Shown here piece by piece: positions 18,472 to 30,715 of a stretch of 64,000 nt of DNA. The translations under genes and the position numbers were made by a program. Position 1 is the stretch's first letter; each line of letters opens with the position of its first letter. Under the pieces are notes generated by a model, which worked only from the letters and a program-made list of their open reading frames with translations, had not been told where the DNA came from and did not search any database. Source of the stretch: Candidatus Bathyarchaeota archaeon (lineage in GTDB: Archaea; Thermoproteota; Bathyarchaeia; Bathyarchaeales; Bathycorpusculaceae); NCBI GenBank assembly GCA_963780185.1, contig CAWABA010000007.1, positions 160,001 to 224,000 on the forward strand, written 5' to 3'.

Positions 18472-19580
18472 AACCTAATGTTCCCCACCTACAATACTGG
18501 AACATCCTATAATAAAACTGTTCTTGCACACTTAAACTTATTTAACATCGGTTTGCGCGGTTTTTTGGTTTTGTGTTTTTTCTATTTTTTTAAGTTGCGA
18601 CTTTTGTTTTGGTGAAAGTTGCGACTTTCCGCTTTCGGAGTTTGTGTTTTGGGTTGGTTTTTTGGTTTAGGCTTGGTTTCTGTTTGGACGTTGCGACTTT
18701 GGGATGGGCGGGATGCGACTTTGTATGTTGACGCTATGTTGGAGTTATTGTCGGTTATGGGCACAACGGCTTTCTCGGCGGGGTATGGTGCAGAGTTTTA
18801 TTGGCTGTTCTGTGAAATTCAGTTGAAATGAGGTTCATGCGAAAAATCGTCGGATGCCCATTTTCATTCTATTTCCTAAAATTACATTATAGGAAACTTG
18901 GCAGATTATGAATATGCACCGTGCATTTTGCAAAAGGTCCATAGAGACTCATCTATGAAAGAGGTTCACCATACTTCTTTGCCGCAACCCCATGTTTGAC
19001 GCTTCGTCCCTTTGCCTGAAAGTGATATAGCATTTTTCCACAAATCTTAATAGTTGAGACCGATAAGTTGTTTGATTGCAGGGAAGGCAGAGGCATTGAA
19101 ATGAAGCGTTTTTTTGTTGTCTTCATAATCGCGCTTTTGTGCACATCCATGTTCGGGCTGTTTTTGCCAAAAGCAAAAGGCAACGCCTAGCTCGGGGGTT
19201 AAGTGTTAGGTTACGTGGGAGGCAAACAACCCGTAAAAGCAATTGCAGTTAGATTCGCGGTGAAAAGGCTTTTGAAAATCACGCGTTTTTTTAACTGAAA
19301 CAATTTTTTTCTCCCGCTTTCCGACTTTCGATTGTTTTCTTGGTTGGAGGTCTAGCAAGTGGTGACTATGGAAAACATCGCTAACTTGTCCACACCTCTT
19401 AAATACGTAGACGGATGAATATTATGTCAATTTTGTCGGGAAAGGAGAGTACAAATTACGATTAAACATGGATTAAATAGGGATACAGGAGACTTCATAA
19501 AATCCATAAGGCTAAGAAGAAGCAGCATAGCGACTCGCTTAACATTCAAAAAAACACTGAGCCTAACCTTCATAGTAGTA

Positions 19581-22500
19581 ATGCTTCTCTCATGCGCAAC
19601 CGTTTTTCATGCAATGCCGTTGGCAAAAGCAGACACAGTCACCTACGTTAACCAATGGACTTCATGGACTCCACAGCAGGTCCAACTTAAGTTTCCATTC
19701 GGCATAGCCATTAGTCCATCTGGAAACGTCTACATTGCAGACTCAGACAACAGTCGAATACTAGAGCTTTCCAGCACTGGTGCCTACATAACTCAATGGA
19801 GCTATGTAAATCCCACCATCGGTTCAATGAATCACCCATCAGGTGTTGCTGTTGATGCTTCTGGAAACGTTTACGTGGTTGACGGAAACAACATAGAGAA
19901 GTTTACCAGCGGCGGCCAATTAATTACCAGTTGGGGCGGCTGGGGCTATGGAAACGGCAAATTTGTAGGAGCCAGCGGAATAGCAATTAACGGGGCTACG
20001 GGAAACGTCTATGTTGCTGACTGGGACAGAATCGAAGAATTCTCCAGCAGCGGCGCCTACATTACTCAATGGGGCAGCTATGGCTCCGGTTCTAATGCGG
20101 GTCATTATAGTTTCGGTTCACCTGAAGGACTGGCAGTTGACGGGTCTGGGAACGTTTACGTAGCAGATGCATTAAACGGCCGAATAATGGAATACACGAG
20201 TTCAGGAAGCTTTCTTAAACAATTTGGCACCACTTCAAGCATAGGCGTCTATACATTATACATGCCCTACGGAGTTGCAGTTGATAGCTACGGAAACGTT
20301 TACGTAGTTGACATGAGCGGCAACTTCGTTAAGGAATTCAGCAGTGGAGGCTACTATGTAACACAATGGGGACATTATGGTCCGCAGAACGGTAACTTCA
20401 CCGAACCCATAGGCATTGCAATAGACCAATATGGCAATGTTTACGTCTCATCCCCAGGTTATACCAGCACCTATCCATATGCATCCCAAGACCGAGTACA
20501 AGTATTTACCAGCAGCGGCGCCTATATCGCTACATGGGGCAGAACCGGCGTAGGCAACGACCACTTCATCAGCCCCAACAGCATCACCCTCGCAAACGGC
20601 AACGTCTATGTCGCAAACGAAGGCGCAGAAACTGTCGACGAATTTTCTTCAACAGGCACTCATTTGGCCCAGTTTGGAAATGGCAGCTACGGCAGCGCCA
20701 GCAACGAGCTGTCGAATCCTTTCGGCGCCGCAGTTGACTCCGAAGGAAACGTCTACATAAGCGACACCGACAACAACCGCATAGTCGTATACTCGGCAAC
20801 GGGCGGAACAAGCACGTGGGGCTCCTACGGAATAAGTTGGAGCTACTACGACAGCTCCTACAACCATAATCCGGGCAAGTTCAATGAGCCTATGGGCATC
20901 GCCATCGGCAAAAACGGCAACATATACGTCGCAGACTACCAAAACAGCCGCATACAAGAATTCTCTCCAGGGGGTACATTCATAACCCAGTGGGGCGGAT
21001 ACGGCAGCGGCAACACGCAATTTGAGTACCCAAGAGGCCTCGCCATCGACAGCAGCGGAAACGTTTACGTCGTAGACGAGATTGCCGCTCGCGTCCAAGA
21101 ATTCACCAGCGACGGAACCTACATTACCCAGTGGGGCAGTGTCGGAACAGGCCCAGGACAATTTGAACGACCATCAAACATTGCAGTAGACTCAAACGGG
21201 AACGTATTCGTAAGTGACATGGACAGCAACAGAATCACGGAATTCACCTCCAGCGGCGTATATGAGCTTCAATGGGGAAACGGCGGCTACGCACCGGGAC
21301 AAATCAGCGGTCCAATGGGCGTTGCCTCCGACGGCAATGGCAACGTTTACGTTACAGACAATGGCGCAGTAAACATTTTCTCCTTAACCAACCCCACAAT
21401 GCACACGGTAACAGGAACTGTCACCGACAGCTCCACTTCCCAACCAATAGCAGGTGCAAACGTCAATATCATCTCAACTGGCACTAACACAATCATGCAG
21501 TCAGTACAGACAGATGCGAACGGCAACTTCCAGACGCAAGTGTCCGACTTAGTTCTGCCAATCAGCATTTCAGTAACCGCCAACGGGTATCAATCGACTA
21601 CAGTAACCAATGTTGCTCCGGGTTCTGATGGCAGCATTCAATATACCGTCAGCCTACAACCCGCAGTTTGCACGGTTTCTGGCACGGTTACAGGCAGCGA
21701 CACTAACGCACCCATTGGCAACGCCGCTGTCGTAATAAACCAACAAATCGGCATTGTCGAACTGAAGGTCGTAAAAACAGATGCAAATGGCCAATACTCG
21801 ACAACAATTCCTCTACGTGACACGCCGTTAATTATTGACGCTTCAGCCGATGGATACGGACATAAAGTACAAAACGATTTAGCACCAGGATCAGACGGAA
21901 ATATTCATTGTGACTTCACCCTTGATCCAACGATGGAGATCAACTTCTCCGTGACCGACGCAGTAACAGGACGCACAATCCCTGCTTCAGAAGTTACTTT
22001 CACCGACAGCTACGGAACCACCTACATTCCAGAAGTTACTAGCGACAACTATTGGGGCTTAAGCACCTTAACTGCAGACCAATTTCCCATAACAATTCAG
22101 GATGCAACAGCCAGCGGATACCAAGACCTCCAAACCTCCTTTACCATCTACACGCCGCCCACACCAGGAACCGTTGAAACAATCAACATCGCTCTACAGC
22201 CAATTAACACACCTTCACCGGTTACACTTAATCTACAAGTTCAAGACTCCAATGGCAATGGCATCCCGAACGCCCAAGTTTACTATGGCAATCAACCAGA
22301 CTGGTGGCTACAAGGATCCAACACAGACTATTCAGGCACATCTACGATTCAGCTTTGGACCAGCGATTTCCCCTTGACAGTGCAGGTTTCGGCCTCTGGC
22401 TACGTTACCCAGACTGTCACCGTTGATAACTCAGCTGGAGACAACTACGTAAGCACCACTGTTCAACTGCAGCTTGTTCCGCCGCAGCAGTTCCAAATCA

Positions 22501-24540
22501 CAGGCATGGTAGGCGACGGCTCCACCATATACGATTTCGGAGTGAACCCAACGCCAGTGGCGGATGCAACGGTCACGTTGGATTTCGGCGGCACCCAGCC
22601 CACTCAGACTCTAACCACCGACGCCAACGGTCAATTCCAAACAACAGCCTACTACATTCCACAATACGCAAGCAACATGCCCATCTACGTCACCATCACT
22701 GCGCCAGGCTACGCCACCTACAGCCAAACCTACTGGACCTATGACGGTAACGACTTTGACTTTACGCAAAGCTACGGGGCTCTACTGATTTTCCCGCTTA
22801 GTTACACGTTCCCTATAACCTACCAAATTCAAGATTATACCACAGGGAACCCCATAGCAGGTGCCAGCATAGTTGTTACGCCCACCAACGGTTCACCACG
22901 CATGTACACATCCGACGTCAACGGCTACGTAACGATAACATTTACTGCCTCAGAACTGCCATCCGTAATGAGTGTGACGGCACAAGGGTACCAGCCACCA
23001 GGCATGTATTGGGGCTACAATGCAGTAAGTTACGCATACTGGCCTTTAGCCGACGCACACGGCACTATTTACTTGCAGCCACTCAATACCGCGCAGGTGC
23101 AAACAGCCACCGGCACAGGCACAGCCTCATTCACCCCAACCTTTGGGCAAGTAACTAGTTTGTCAGCACTTCTACCAAGCACATTGCCAACGACAGGTCT
23201 ACCGCAGGGATTAACGTTCCCCGACGGCTTATTCAGCTACACCCTAACTGGAAACACAGAATGGGATTTCAACTGGGGTCAAACCATCACGTTAAGCATA
23301 ACGTTGCCTTCACCAGTTCCGACTAACGCAGAGTACTGGATGTACAGTTCAACCCAAGGCTGGATAGAAGTGCCGATTCAAAGCATAAACGGAAATACAG
23401 TGACACTGCAACTTACTGACGGCGGCGCAGGCGATTCCAGCCCAATCGGCGACAGCCAAATCGTTAACCTCGGCGGCATCGCAGTATCCACACCTCAAAC
23501 ACCCACCATCTCTTTGAACCCAGCATCAGGACAAGCTGGAACCACAATCACACTCTCAGGAAGCAACTTTGCAGCCAACGCACAAGTCCATCTCTTCTTC
23601 AACGGCCAAGAAATCACAACCGTCACAGCTGCATCAGACGGCTCCATCACAAACGCCCAACTCCAAATTCCATCAGCAACAAGCAAAGGAGACTACACCG
23701 TTGAAGCCTCCGACGGCGCGCAATCTGCACAAGCAACCTTCACAGTGACTATTCCAGCATCAATTACAATGACGCCCACAAGCGGAACCATTGGAACAAC
23801 AATTATCATTTCAGGAAGCAACTTCCTCCCAAGCACAACCCTACACATCTCCTTCGCCGGAACCCAAGTTATAACTGTCCAATCCGCTTCAGACGGCTCA
23901 TTCACAGGCGCCCTATACATCGTCCCAGACAACACCGCAGCAGGCGACTACACACTGCAAGTCACCGACGGCACCAACACCGCCCAAAAAACCTTCTCGG
24001 TAATCGCCTACCCTTCATCGCAAACCACAACCACCGTTTCCGGCAACACAGCCACGGTTGACCAAACAGCTCAAACAGGAGTCGACGTAACAATCAGCGG
24101 ACCAAGCCTCAGCTCAGGCGAACAAGTCACAGTGACAACAGACAACTATGGGCAGACGCCGCCAGCCGGATTAACAGACCTGCCTAGGAGTCGGAGCAAC
24201 CTACTTTGACGTCCAAGTCCTCCCGCCAACCGGCACAACATTCGGACCAGACGTATACGTCACCGTCAGCCTCACAGACCCATCCTTCACAAGCAACATG
24301 GTCATAACATACTGGAACGGAGCCGCATGGATGTTCGCAACTAACACACACTTCGACGCAGCAACCCACACAATCACAGGAACCATCCCCGCAAGCGCCC
24401 TCTCAGGAACACCAGTAGGCGTCGGCAACGGACCAAGCTTCGCCCTACCAGAATACCCACTAGCAGCCCTCATCGCCACAACCACATGCTTCGCAGCACT
24501 CATAGTCTACAAAAGACAAAGCAACCGCCCAAAGAAGTAA
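19581..24540 (+). CDS. Giant surface protein: NHL/6-bladed propeller repeats, carboxypeptidase-regulatory-like Ig repeats, choice-of-anchor-U-like domain, IPT-like domains, PEF-CTERM-like anchor (frameshift near 24185)
   Basis: ~12 repeats of P.GIAVD..GNVYVAD..N.RI..F...G..ITQWG; GTVTD...PI.GA.V...TDANG.F repeats; FPDGLFSY...YW.Y...GW...LTDGGAGD; tail ALPEYPLAALI..TM..YKRQ in ORF 24298-24540. True start may be slightly upstream. Confidence 0.85.
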
Positions 24541-24921
24541 AACAACCCGGAAAACCAACAAAACAAAAAACCTTTTTTCTTTTTTGTTTCTTTTCAAATG
24601 CGAACATGCATCACTTTCTCTCCAAATACTTTTGCTGCTCAGATTGTGATTTGCTAAAGACTCTTGGAACCAAGTAAGCCAACAACACATTCCTCGCGAC
24701 GGCTGGATTGGGCATGGTTGCTGGTTGAAATCAGGCATTGAGGTAGAAATGGGTCGTTTTTTTGGTTTGGGTCTCGAATCTTTTTGCGGGTTGCGGCTTT
24801 TGGGTGGATTGAAAATATGGGGTTAAAATTGTCGGTTTCTGTTGTGTCGCGGGCTGATTGGGTTTTAGGAAAGCTTTAGTACCGTGGTTCCTACTGCTTA
24901 TGGGTAAATGGTGAAGTTGGG

Positions 24922-26172
24922 TTGAAACTGGCTGTCTTTGTGTATGAGTACCCGCCTAAAATCGTGGGTGGATTAGGAACTTATGCGGCTGAGATAACAC
25001 GGAAATTTGTTTTGGATGATCATGACGTGACGGTTTTCACGATGAATGATGACGCGGGCTCCTTGCCTACGCGGGAGATTTGGCGCGGCATCGAGATTCA
25101 TCGTCCCCTCCACATTGACATTTCCGATTCGTTGCCTGACGTGATTGCTGAAGACATCAAGAAATGGGGCAGAGGTCTGCATTTCTTCGGCAAACTCATG
25201 GTGTACAATTATCTGTCAGCGGCTAAACTCATCAACGAACTCATCAAGAAAGAAAACATGAAGTACGACATTGTTGTGGCTCACGACTGGCTTTCAGCCA
25301 TGGGCGGAATCACAGTTAAAAGAGAAACAGGTTTGCCGTTTGCTTTCCATGTTCACTCCACCGAGAAAGGACGCACATTGGGGAACGGCTCCAACGTCGT
25401 CAGCAACATCGAGTTACGTGCAGGCAAAACCGCCGATATGGTTGTGACGGTTTCGTATGCTATGAAAGATGAGCTTATCCAGCTTGGTTTTCCACGCGAA
25501 AAAATCCAGGTAAGCTACAACGGTGTTGACCCGCAGAAATACAATCCTGTAAACGTTTCTCAGGAAGACATTAAACGGGTCAGAAGCAAATACGGCATCG
25601 CGGATGACCAGTTTATGATTCTTTTCTTAGGCAGACTCGTCGCCGTCAAAGGCGTCGACAAACTCATAATGGCTATGCCCCACATCCTAACCAAGATTCC
25701 GAACGCACGGCTGGTGGTTGTAGGCGTTGGCGACCTCCAAGAGTACATGATGAACCTGACAAGAACCATGCGGCTGGACCAATACGTCAAATTCTGCTTC
25801 GACTTCATCCCGGAGGAAGAACGAATCATCCACTACGCGGCATGCGACGTTGCAGTTTTCCCAAGCTTCTACGAACCCTTCGGCATCGTTGCGCTTGAAG
25901 CCATGAGCATGGAGAAAGCAGTTGTCGTCGGCGCCGCAGGCGTAAGCGGAATGCGCGAAATCGTCATCTGCTGCGGCGAAGAACAATGCGGATTCCACAT
26001 TGACCCAAACAACCCCTCAGACATTGCCTGGGGAGTAACCAGCGCATTGGAGAACCCTGAACGGCTCAAGATGCTTGGCAAAAACGGCAGAAAACGCGTC
26101 TTAGCCGAGTTCACCTGGACCAAAATCGCCGCAAAAACCATCGACCTCTACGAAACCATACAAAAACGTTGA
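24922..26172 (+). CDS. GT4 glycosyltransferase (glycogen-synthase-like)
   Basis: EYPPKIVGGLG, AHDW, HSTE, NGVD, LGRL...KG, EPFGIVALEAM. Confidence 0.9.
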   Translation: MKLAVFVYEYPPKIVGGLGTYAAEITRKFVLDDHDVTVFTMNDDAGSLPTREIWRGIEIHRPLHIDISDSLPDVIAEDIKKWGRGLHFFGKLMVYNYLSAAKLINELIKKENMKYDIVVAHDWLSAMGGITVKRETGLPFAFHVHSTEKGRTLGNGSNVVSNIELRAGKTADMVVTVSYAMKDELIQLGFPREKIQVSYNGVDPQKYNPVNVSQEDIKRVRSKYGIADDQFMILFLGRLVAVKGVDKLIMAMPHILTKIPNARLVVVGVGDLQEYMMNLTRTMRLDQYVKFCFDFIPEEERIIHYAACDVAVFPSFYEPFGIVALEAMSMEKAVVVGAAGVSGMREIVICCGEEQCGFHIDPNNPSDIAWGVTSALENPERLKMLGKNGRKRVLAEFTWTKIAAKTIDLYETIQKR

Positions 26173-26191
26173 CAGCGCCTTGGCGGGTTAA

Positions 26192-26800
26192 TTGGCCACA
26201 GACTTAAAGTCTAAAGTTGCAAGGGAAGCAGCCACCCTACTTTATTTTGGCGCAGAAAAAGAATACAAACAAGCCAAAACACGCGCAGCTCAAACCTTGG
26301 GCACGCATTTTTTGCCGTCTAACTTAGACATTGCGCTTGAGCTTGACAAGATTGCCGAGGAAAGCGAGGGAGCAGACAGGAAGGAACGCCTGATAGAAAT
26401 GCGCACCGAAGCCTTGCACGTGATGAAGCTTCTTGACGCTTACTGTCCCCTTCTTATCGGCAGCGTTTGGCGAGGCAACATACGCAGAGGAAGCGACATA
26501 GACATCGCAGCCTACGCCGACGACCCGCAGGAAATCGTCAACATCCTCAAAGCGGGCGGGATAAAAGTTTTGAAGACCGCTTGGACAACCGTGAATAAGC
26601 ATGGACGCACCTTGGCGTCGCTTAATGTCCGCGCCCAAACTTCGGCGGGGCACGGGCTTGAAGTTGTGGTCCGCTCCAGCGAGGAGCAAGGGGAAAAAAG
26701 GAAATGTGAAATTTTCGGCGACGAAATAAAGGGTTTGAAAACCAAAAACCTTGAAAAACTGCTCAAAGACAACCCGACACAAAAATTTATTCCCGCTTGA
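26192..26800 (+). CDS. Nucleotidyltransferase-domain protein
   Basis: AREAA.LLY, EYKQAK, LIGSVWRG...SDIDI. Confidence 0.8.
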   Translation: MATDLKSKVAREAATLLYFGAEKEYKQAKTRAAQTLGTHFLPSNLDIALELDKIAEESEGADRKERLIEMRTEALHVMKLLDAYCPLLIGSVWRGNIRRGSDIDIAAYADDPQEIVNILKAGGIKVLKTAWTTVNKHGRTLASLNVRAQTSAGHGLEVVVRSSEEQGEKRKCEIFGDEIKGLKTKNLEKLLKDNPTQKFIPA

Positions 26801-26885
26801 ATCGGGGAAAATTCTGATTTTGCCTCAATAAAGAAAATAAAGAACTAATTTGCATAGTATATTTCAAACCTTAAACTGATGCCAA

Positions 26886-27284
26886 ATGGCCATAGACAAA
26901 GAATCTCTAAAAAAGATGTTTCCAAACCTCAGCAAGGAACTGGAAGGCGGAGACGCCAAAATCCAAATAGATGCCCTCCGCAAAAACCCTGAGGAAGCCG
27001 AAGCAGACCTAGCTGAGTGTGCAGAGCAAGAAATTGAACCCGAAGCCCCCACCACTGAAACACCCGACAAACTCCGCCATTTCTACCCGTCTGCTGAAGA
27101 TTTTATTCGCCGATGCGACACCGACGCGCAGGCAGAGGAAATAATTGCTTACCTAAAGAAGAGGGAGGAAATAACAAAAGAGCAGGCGCAAGAGTTGCGG
27201 TCTCAGCTTAAGCGTAAGGGTTTGCGAAGTTTTGGTCCTAAAAAAGAGGAAAACCATTACTTTAGGGAAGCTGGAATTTTATAA
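26886..27284 (+). CDS. DUF2095 family protein
   Basis: KKMFPNL.KE, P...DFIRRCDT, EII.YL, GLRSFGPKKE. Confidence 0.85.
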   Translation: MAIDKESLKKMFPNLSKELEGGDAKIQIDALRKNPEEAEADLAECAEQEIEPEAPTTETPDKLRHFYPSAEDFIRRCDTDAQAEEIIAYLKKREEITKEQAQELRSQLKRKGLRSFGPKKEENHYFREAGIL

Positions 27285-27493
27285 TTTCTGAATTTCTTTT
27301 TAATCGCTAAAAAAACCGACGGTTTTGACGTGTTCATACGTGGACTGCCATTTATTTGGCGGTCAATGCAGTTGGCTTGCACTGGTTTTTCAAATTTTAA
27401 GTGCTTGTTGCCGCTGAACGGTTTGTTTGACTTTATGTCGGAAAACTAATAAGGCTCAAGTTTGTTGTACAAAAACGGAAAAATGGTGATATT

Positions 27494-28513
27494 ATGGCAA
27501 TAAAAGTAGGAATTAACGGATTCGGAAGAATCGGCAGACTTCTTTACCGCGCAGCACTTGAACGCAACGCAAATATCGATTTCGTCGCAATCAACGACCT
27601 GGCGGACGCCAAAACGAACGCTCACCTTCTCAAATATGACTCAGTCCACGGACATTTCCCAGGCAAAATTGAAGTCGTCGGCAACGACATGGTTGTCAAC
27701 GGGAAAACCCTCAAATGCCTCAGCGTAAAAGACCCAGTGGCTCTGCCATGGAAAGACCTCGGAGTTTACTTAGCGGTGGAATCCACCGGCTTGTTCACCA
27801 ACCGCGAAGGCGCAAGCAAACATTTCCAAGCAGGCGCAAAAAAAGTCCTGATTAGCGCGCCAGCAGAAAACCCAGATGCAACCTTCGTTTTGGGCGTAAA
27901 TGACAAATCATATGATCCAGAAAAACACAATATTCTTAGCAACGCGTCATGCACAACAAACTGTCTAGCACCTGTCAGCAAGGTATTGGAAGACAACTTC
28001 GGCTTAGAAAAAGCCTTAATGACAACATGCCACAGCTACACAAACGACCAGAAAGTCCAAGACCTTGTCCATAAAGACCCCAGAAGGGCAAGAGCCGCAG
28101 CAATCAACATCATCCCAACAAGCACGGGTGCAGCAAAAGCAATCGGGCTGGTTTTGCCAAGTTGTGCAGGAAAAATGAATGGCTACTCACTTCGGGTGCC
28201 AACACCCGACGTCTCTATCGTTGACTTAACCGCTATACTGGGCAAAGACGTCACCAAAGAAGACATCAACGCAGCTATGAAGAAAGCCGCAGACGGACCA
28301 CTAAAAGGCATTCTGCAGTACACGGAAGATCCAATCGTTTCAACCGACGTACTACACAGCACCTACTCAGCAGTCTTCGATGCACAATTAACCATGGTTC
28401 TCGGCGAGAAAAGCAACTTCGTTAAAGTCTTCGCATGGTACGACAACGAATGGGGCTTTAGCAACCGCATGGTTGAATTCATTGAAATGATCGGCAAAAA
28501 AGCCAAACTATAA
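27494..28513 (+). CDS. gap: Type I (bacterial-type) glyceraldehyde-3-phosphate dehydrogenase
   Basis: [44 protein letters not shown]. Confidence 0.97.
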   Translation: MAIKVGINGFGRIGRLLYRAALERNANIDFVAINDLADAKTNAHLLKYDSVHGHFPGKIEVVGNDMVVNGKTLKCLSVKDPVALPWKDLGVYLAVESTGLFTNREGASKHFQAGAKKVLISAPAENPDATFVLGVNDKSYDPEKHNILSNASCTTNCLAPVSKVLEDNFGLEKALMTTCHSYTNDQKVQDLVHKDPRRARAAAINIIPTSTGAAKAIGLVLPSCAGKMNGYSLRVPTPDVSIVDLTAILGKDVTKEDINAAMKKAADGPLKGILQYTEDPIVSTDVLHSTYSAVFDAQLTMVLGEKSNFVKVFAWYDNEWGFSNRMVEFIEMIGKKAKL

Positions 28514-28591
28514 ACGCGCAAACAAACCAAAATTTCTTCCACCCCTTTCTTTTGGGAAAAAAACAGCAAAGTTAACTGAGATGTGAACTAT

Positions 28592-29824
28592 ATGGCAAAA
28601 TACAAAACACTCGATGACTTTGACGTAAAAAACAAGGTCGTTCTAGTCAGAGTTGACTTTAACTCGGAAATCGATCCCGTGACCAAGAAAGTTACAAGCG
28701 ACGTGCGAATAAGGGCGCATGCAGAATCAACGCTCAAAGAACTGGCGGAGAAAGGAGCCAAAACCGTCGTTTTAGCGCATCAGGGACGCAAAGGCGACCC
28801 CGACTACACATCACTCAAAGAACACGCAGCAATCCTGGGGAAAATCCTCAAATGCCCAGTGAAATACGTCGACGACTTATTCGGGGAAAAAGCAAAAACC
28901 GCCATCAAAAACTTGCAAAGCGGAGAAATCCTCGTCTTGGAAAACGTGCGCAGCTGGGACAAAGAAACCAAAAGCATGAGCCCCGAAGAAGCAAGCAAAA
29001 CCGAACTCGTCCAAAACCTCGCGCCCCTCGCAGACCTTTTCGTTAACGACGCCTTCGCCGCAGCACACCGCGGACACGTATCTATGGTCGGGTTCACCGC
29101 CGTGTTGCCTTCAGCCGCAGGCAGAATAATGGAGCGCGAACTCAAATCGCTTAGCCGCATCGTGGAGAAACCCGAGCACCCATGCGTCTACGTTATGGGC
29201 GGAGCCAAAGCCGATGACGCCTTAGAAATCAGCAAGTATGTGCTGGACAACGGCATCGCAGACTACATCCTCGTCGGCGGCGTCACCTCGCAGCTTTTCC
29301 TCGACGCAGACGGCATCGACCTCGGCAAGAAAACCATGGCTTTCCTCGCCAAAAAAGAACTCACCCAATTCATCCCAGGCATCAAAGCCCTCATGGCGAA
29401 ATACCCCGACAAAATAGTCGTGCCCGTAGACGCAGCCTTAGATGTAGATGGCAAACGCAAAGAAATCCCCATTAGCAAGCTGCCCACGGAATACAGCATC
29501 TTTGACCTCGGAAAGAAAACCGTCGAAAAATACGCCGCCATCATCAGCAAAGCCAAATCCATCGTCGTCAGCGGACCCATGGGCGTCTACGAAAACAAGC
29601 AGTTCAACTACGGCACCAAAGGCGTCTTCGAAGCCATCGCAAACAGCAAAGCCTTCAGCCTCGCAGGCGGCGGAAACACCATCGCAGCCATAGCGGAATA
29701 CGGCTTAACCAAAAAAATAGGCTACATCAGCACCGCAGGCGGAGCACTCATCGAATTTTTGATGGGCAAAAAACTCCCCGGCGTAACCGCACTCGAAACA
29801 GCAACAAAAACCAAAAAAATCTAA
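28592..29824 (+). CDS. pgk: Phosphoglycerate kinase (archaeal type)
   Basis: VRVDFNS, AHQGR, LENVR, NDAFAAAHR, GGAK, SGPMG, STAGGA. Confidence 0.97.
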   Translation: MAKYKTLDDFDVKNKVVLVRVDFNSEIDPVTKKVTSDVRIRAHAESTLKELAEKGAKTVVLAHQGRKGDPDYTSLKEHAAILGKILKCPVKYVDDLFGEKAKTAIKNLQSGEILVLENVRSWDKETKSMSPEEASKTELVQNLAPLADLFVNDAFAAAHRGHVSMVGFTAVLPSAAGRIMERELKSLSRIVEKPEHPCVYVMGGAKADDALEISKYVLDNGIADYILVGGVTSQLFLDADGIDLGKKTMAFLAKKELTQFIPGIKALMAKYPDKIVVPVDAALDVDGKRKEIPISKLPTEYSIFDLGKKTVEKYAAIISKAKSIVVSGPMGVYENKQFNYGTKGVFEAIANSKAFSLAGGGNTIAAIAEYGLTKKIGYISTAGGALIEFLMGKKLPGVTALETATKTKKI

Positions 29825-30417
29825 ATTCCTTCCCTTTTTGATTTTACAGAATTTTTTTTAAGAAAAACAAATTGGGCATCACAATATCAACAAAGAGTCA
29901 AATAACCACATTAGAAATCATCCGAATGCAAGTTTAGCTGAGGCGAGAGGTCACAGGGCGAAGAAACAATAATCCGTTTTCTAAATCCTTTTTTCTGTAA
30001 GGTTTTGATGTTCATCAGTTACCGAGTTTCCATCTTTTGTCGCTTTTATCAACGTCAGCGCCATTTTTTGGTATTTTTTTAAATCAATACATTGCAACCT
30101 TGGAAATACATCTTGTATTTTCTTGAAATCAGTGTTAATGTCATAATATGCCTTGATTCTAAGTTTATCTATTTCTTCAGCGAAGAATACGTTTCCAGCA
30201 GGAACGACAAAAACAATAATCCCATCGTTCCAGAATTTCTTTAAAACTCACTTCTGCTAATCTGCGGTCTTTCATATGCTTATTTAGCTCATCAGATAGC
30301 GAATTTCAGACATCTGCTCTTTCTCAGCAAAATAATTTCCTTAAATTTGTGTGGCTCTAACCAGAGGGACAAAAGCATTTATAGATTTAACGCAAATAAG
30401 AGCGTTTGATGGTTTAA

Positions 30418-30576
30418 ATGTCAAAAAAGAAACCAATCGTGCCTCCGGTTAGTGAAAGCGCACCATTCAAAGAGTTGGCAATTAAAACTGGTCTAAGAAA
30501 GCCAGACGCAAATCCGTCCAAAAGGATAGTTGTTCGAACAAAGACAAGAACGGAAATCTACGAGGAAGACCATTAG
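30418..30576 (+). CDS. Small basic hypothetical protein (52 aa)
   Basis: MSKKKPIVPPVSESAPFKELAIKTGLRK...EEDH*; TATA-like TTTATA about 40 nt upstream. Confidence 0.4.
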   Translation: MSKKKPIVPPVSESAPFKELAIKTGLRKPDANPSKRIVVRTKTRTEIYEEDH

Positions 30577-30715
30577 CGAATACCAACGAAAAACCTATTC
30601 AGCGCCCGCTACCTTTTGGATGTATTGTAACCGTGCTTACGCTCGTGAAATCAAAGGTGATAACGCTAAAACAATCTTATATCTTAAAACAACGGAAGAA
30701 TAGGCTGTCACTAAA

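Noticed and set aside
19690-21380. Periodic DNA repeats in the large gene (possible DGR or CRISPR)
   Set aside because: Explained by NHL protein repeats; no reverse transcriptase or TR/VR pair is visible
29900-30330. Minus-strand coding-like sequence after pgk
   Set aside because: Interrupted by stops and frameshifts, with no recognisable family
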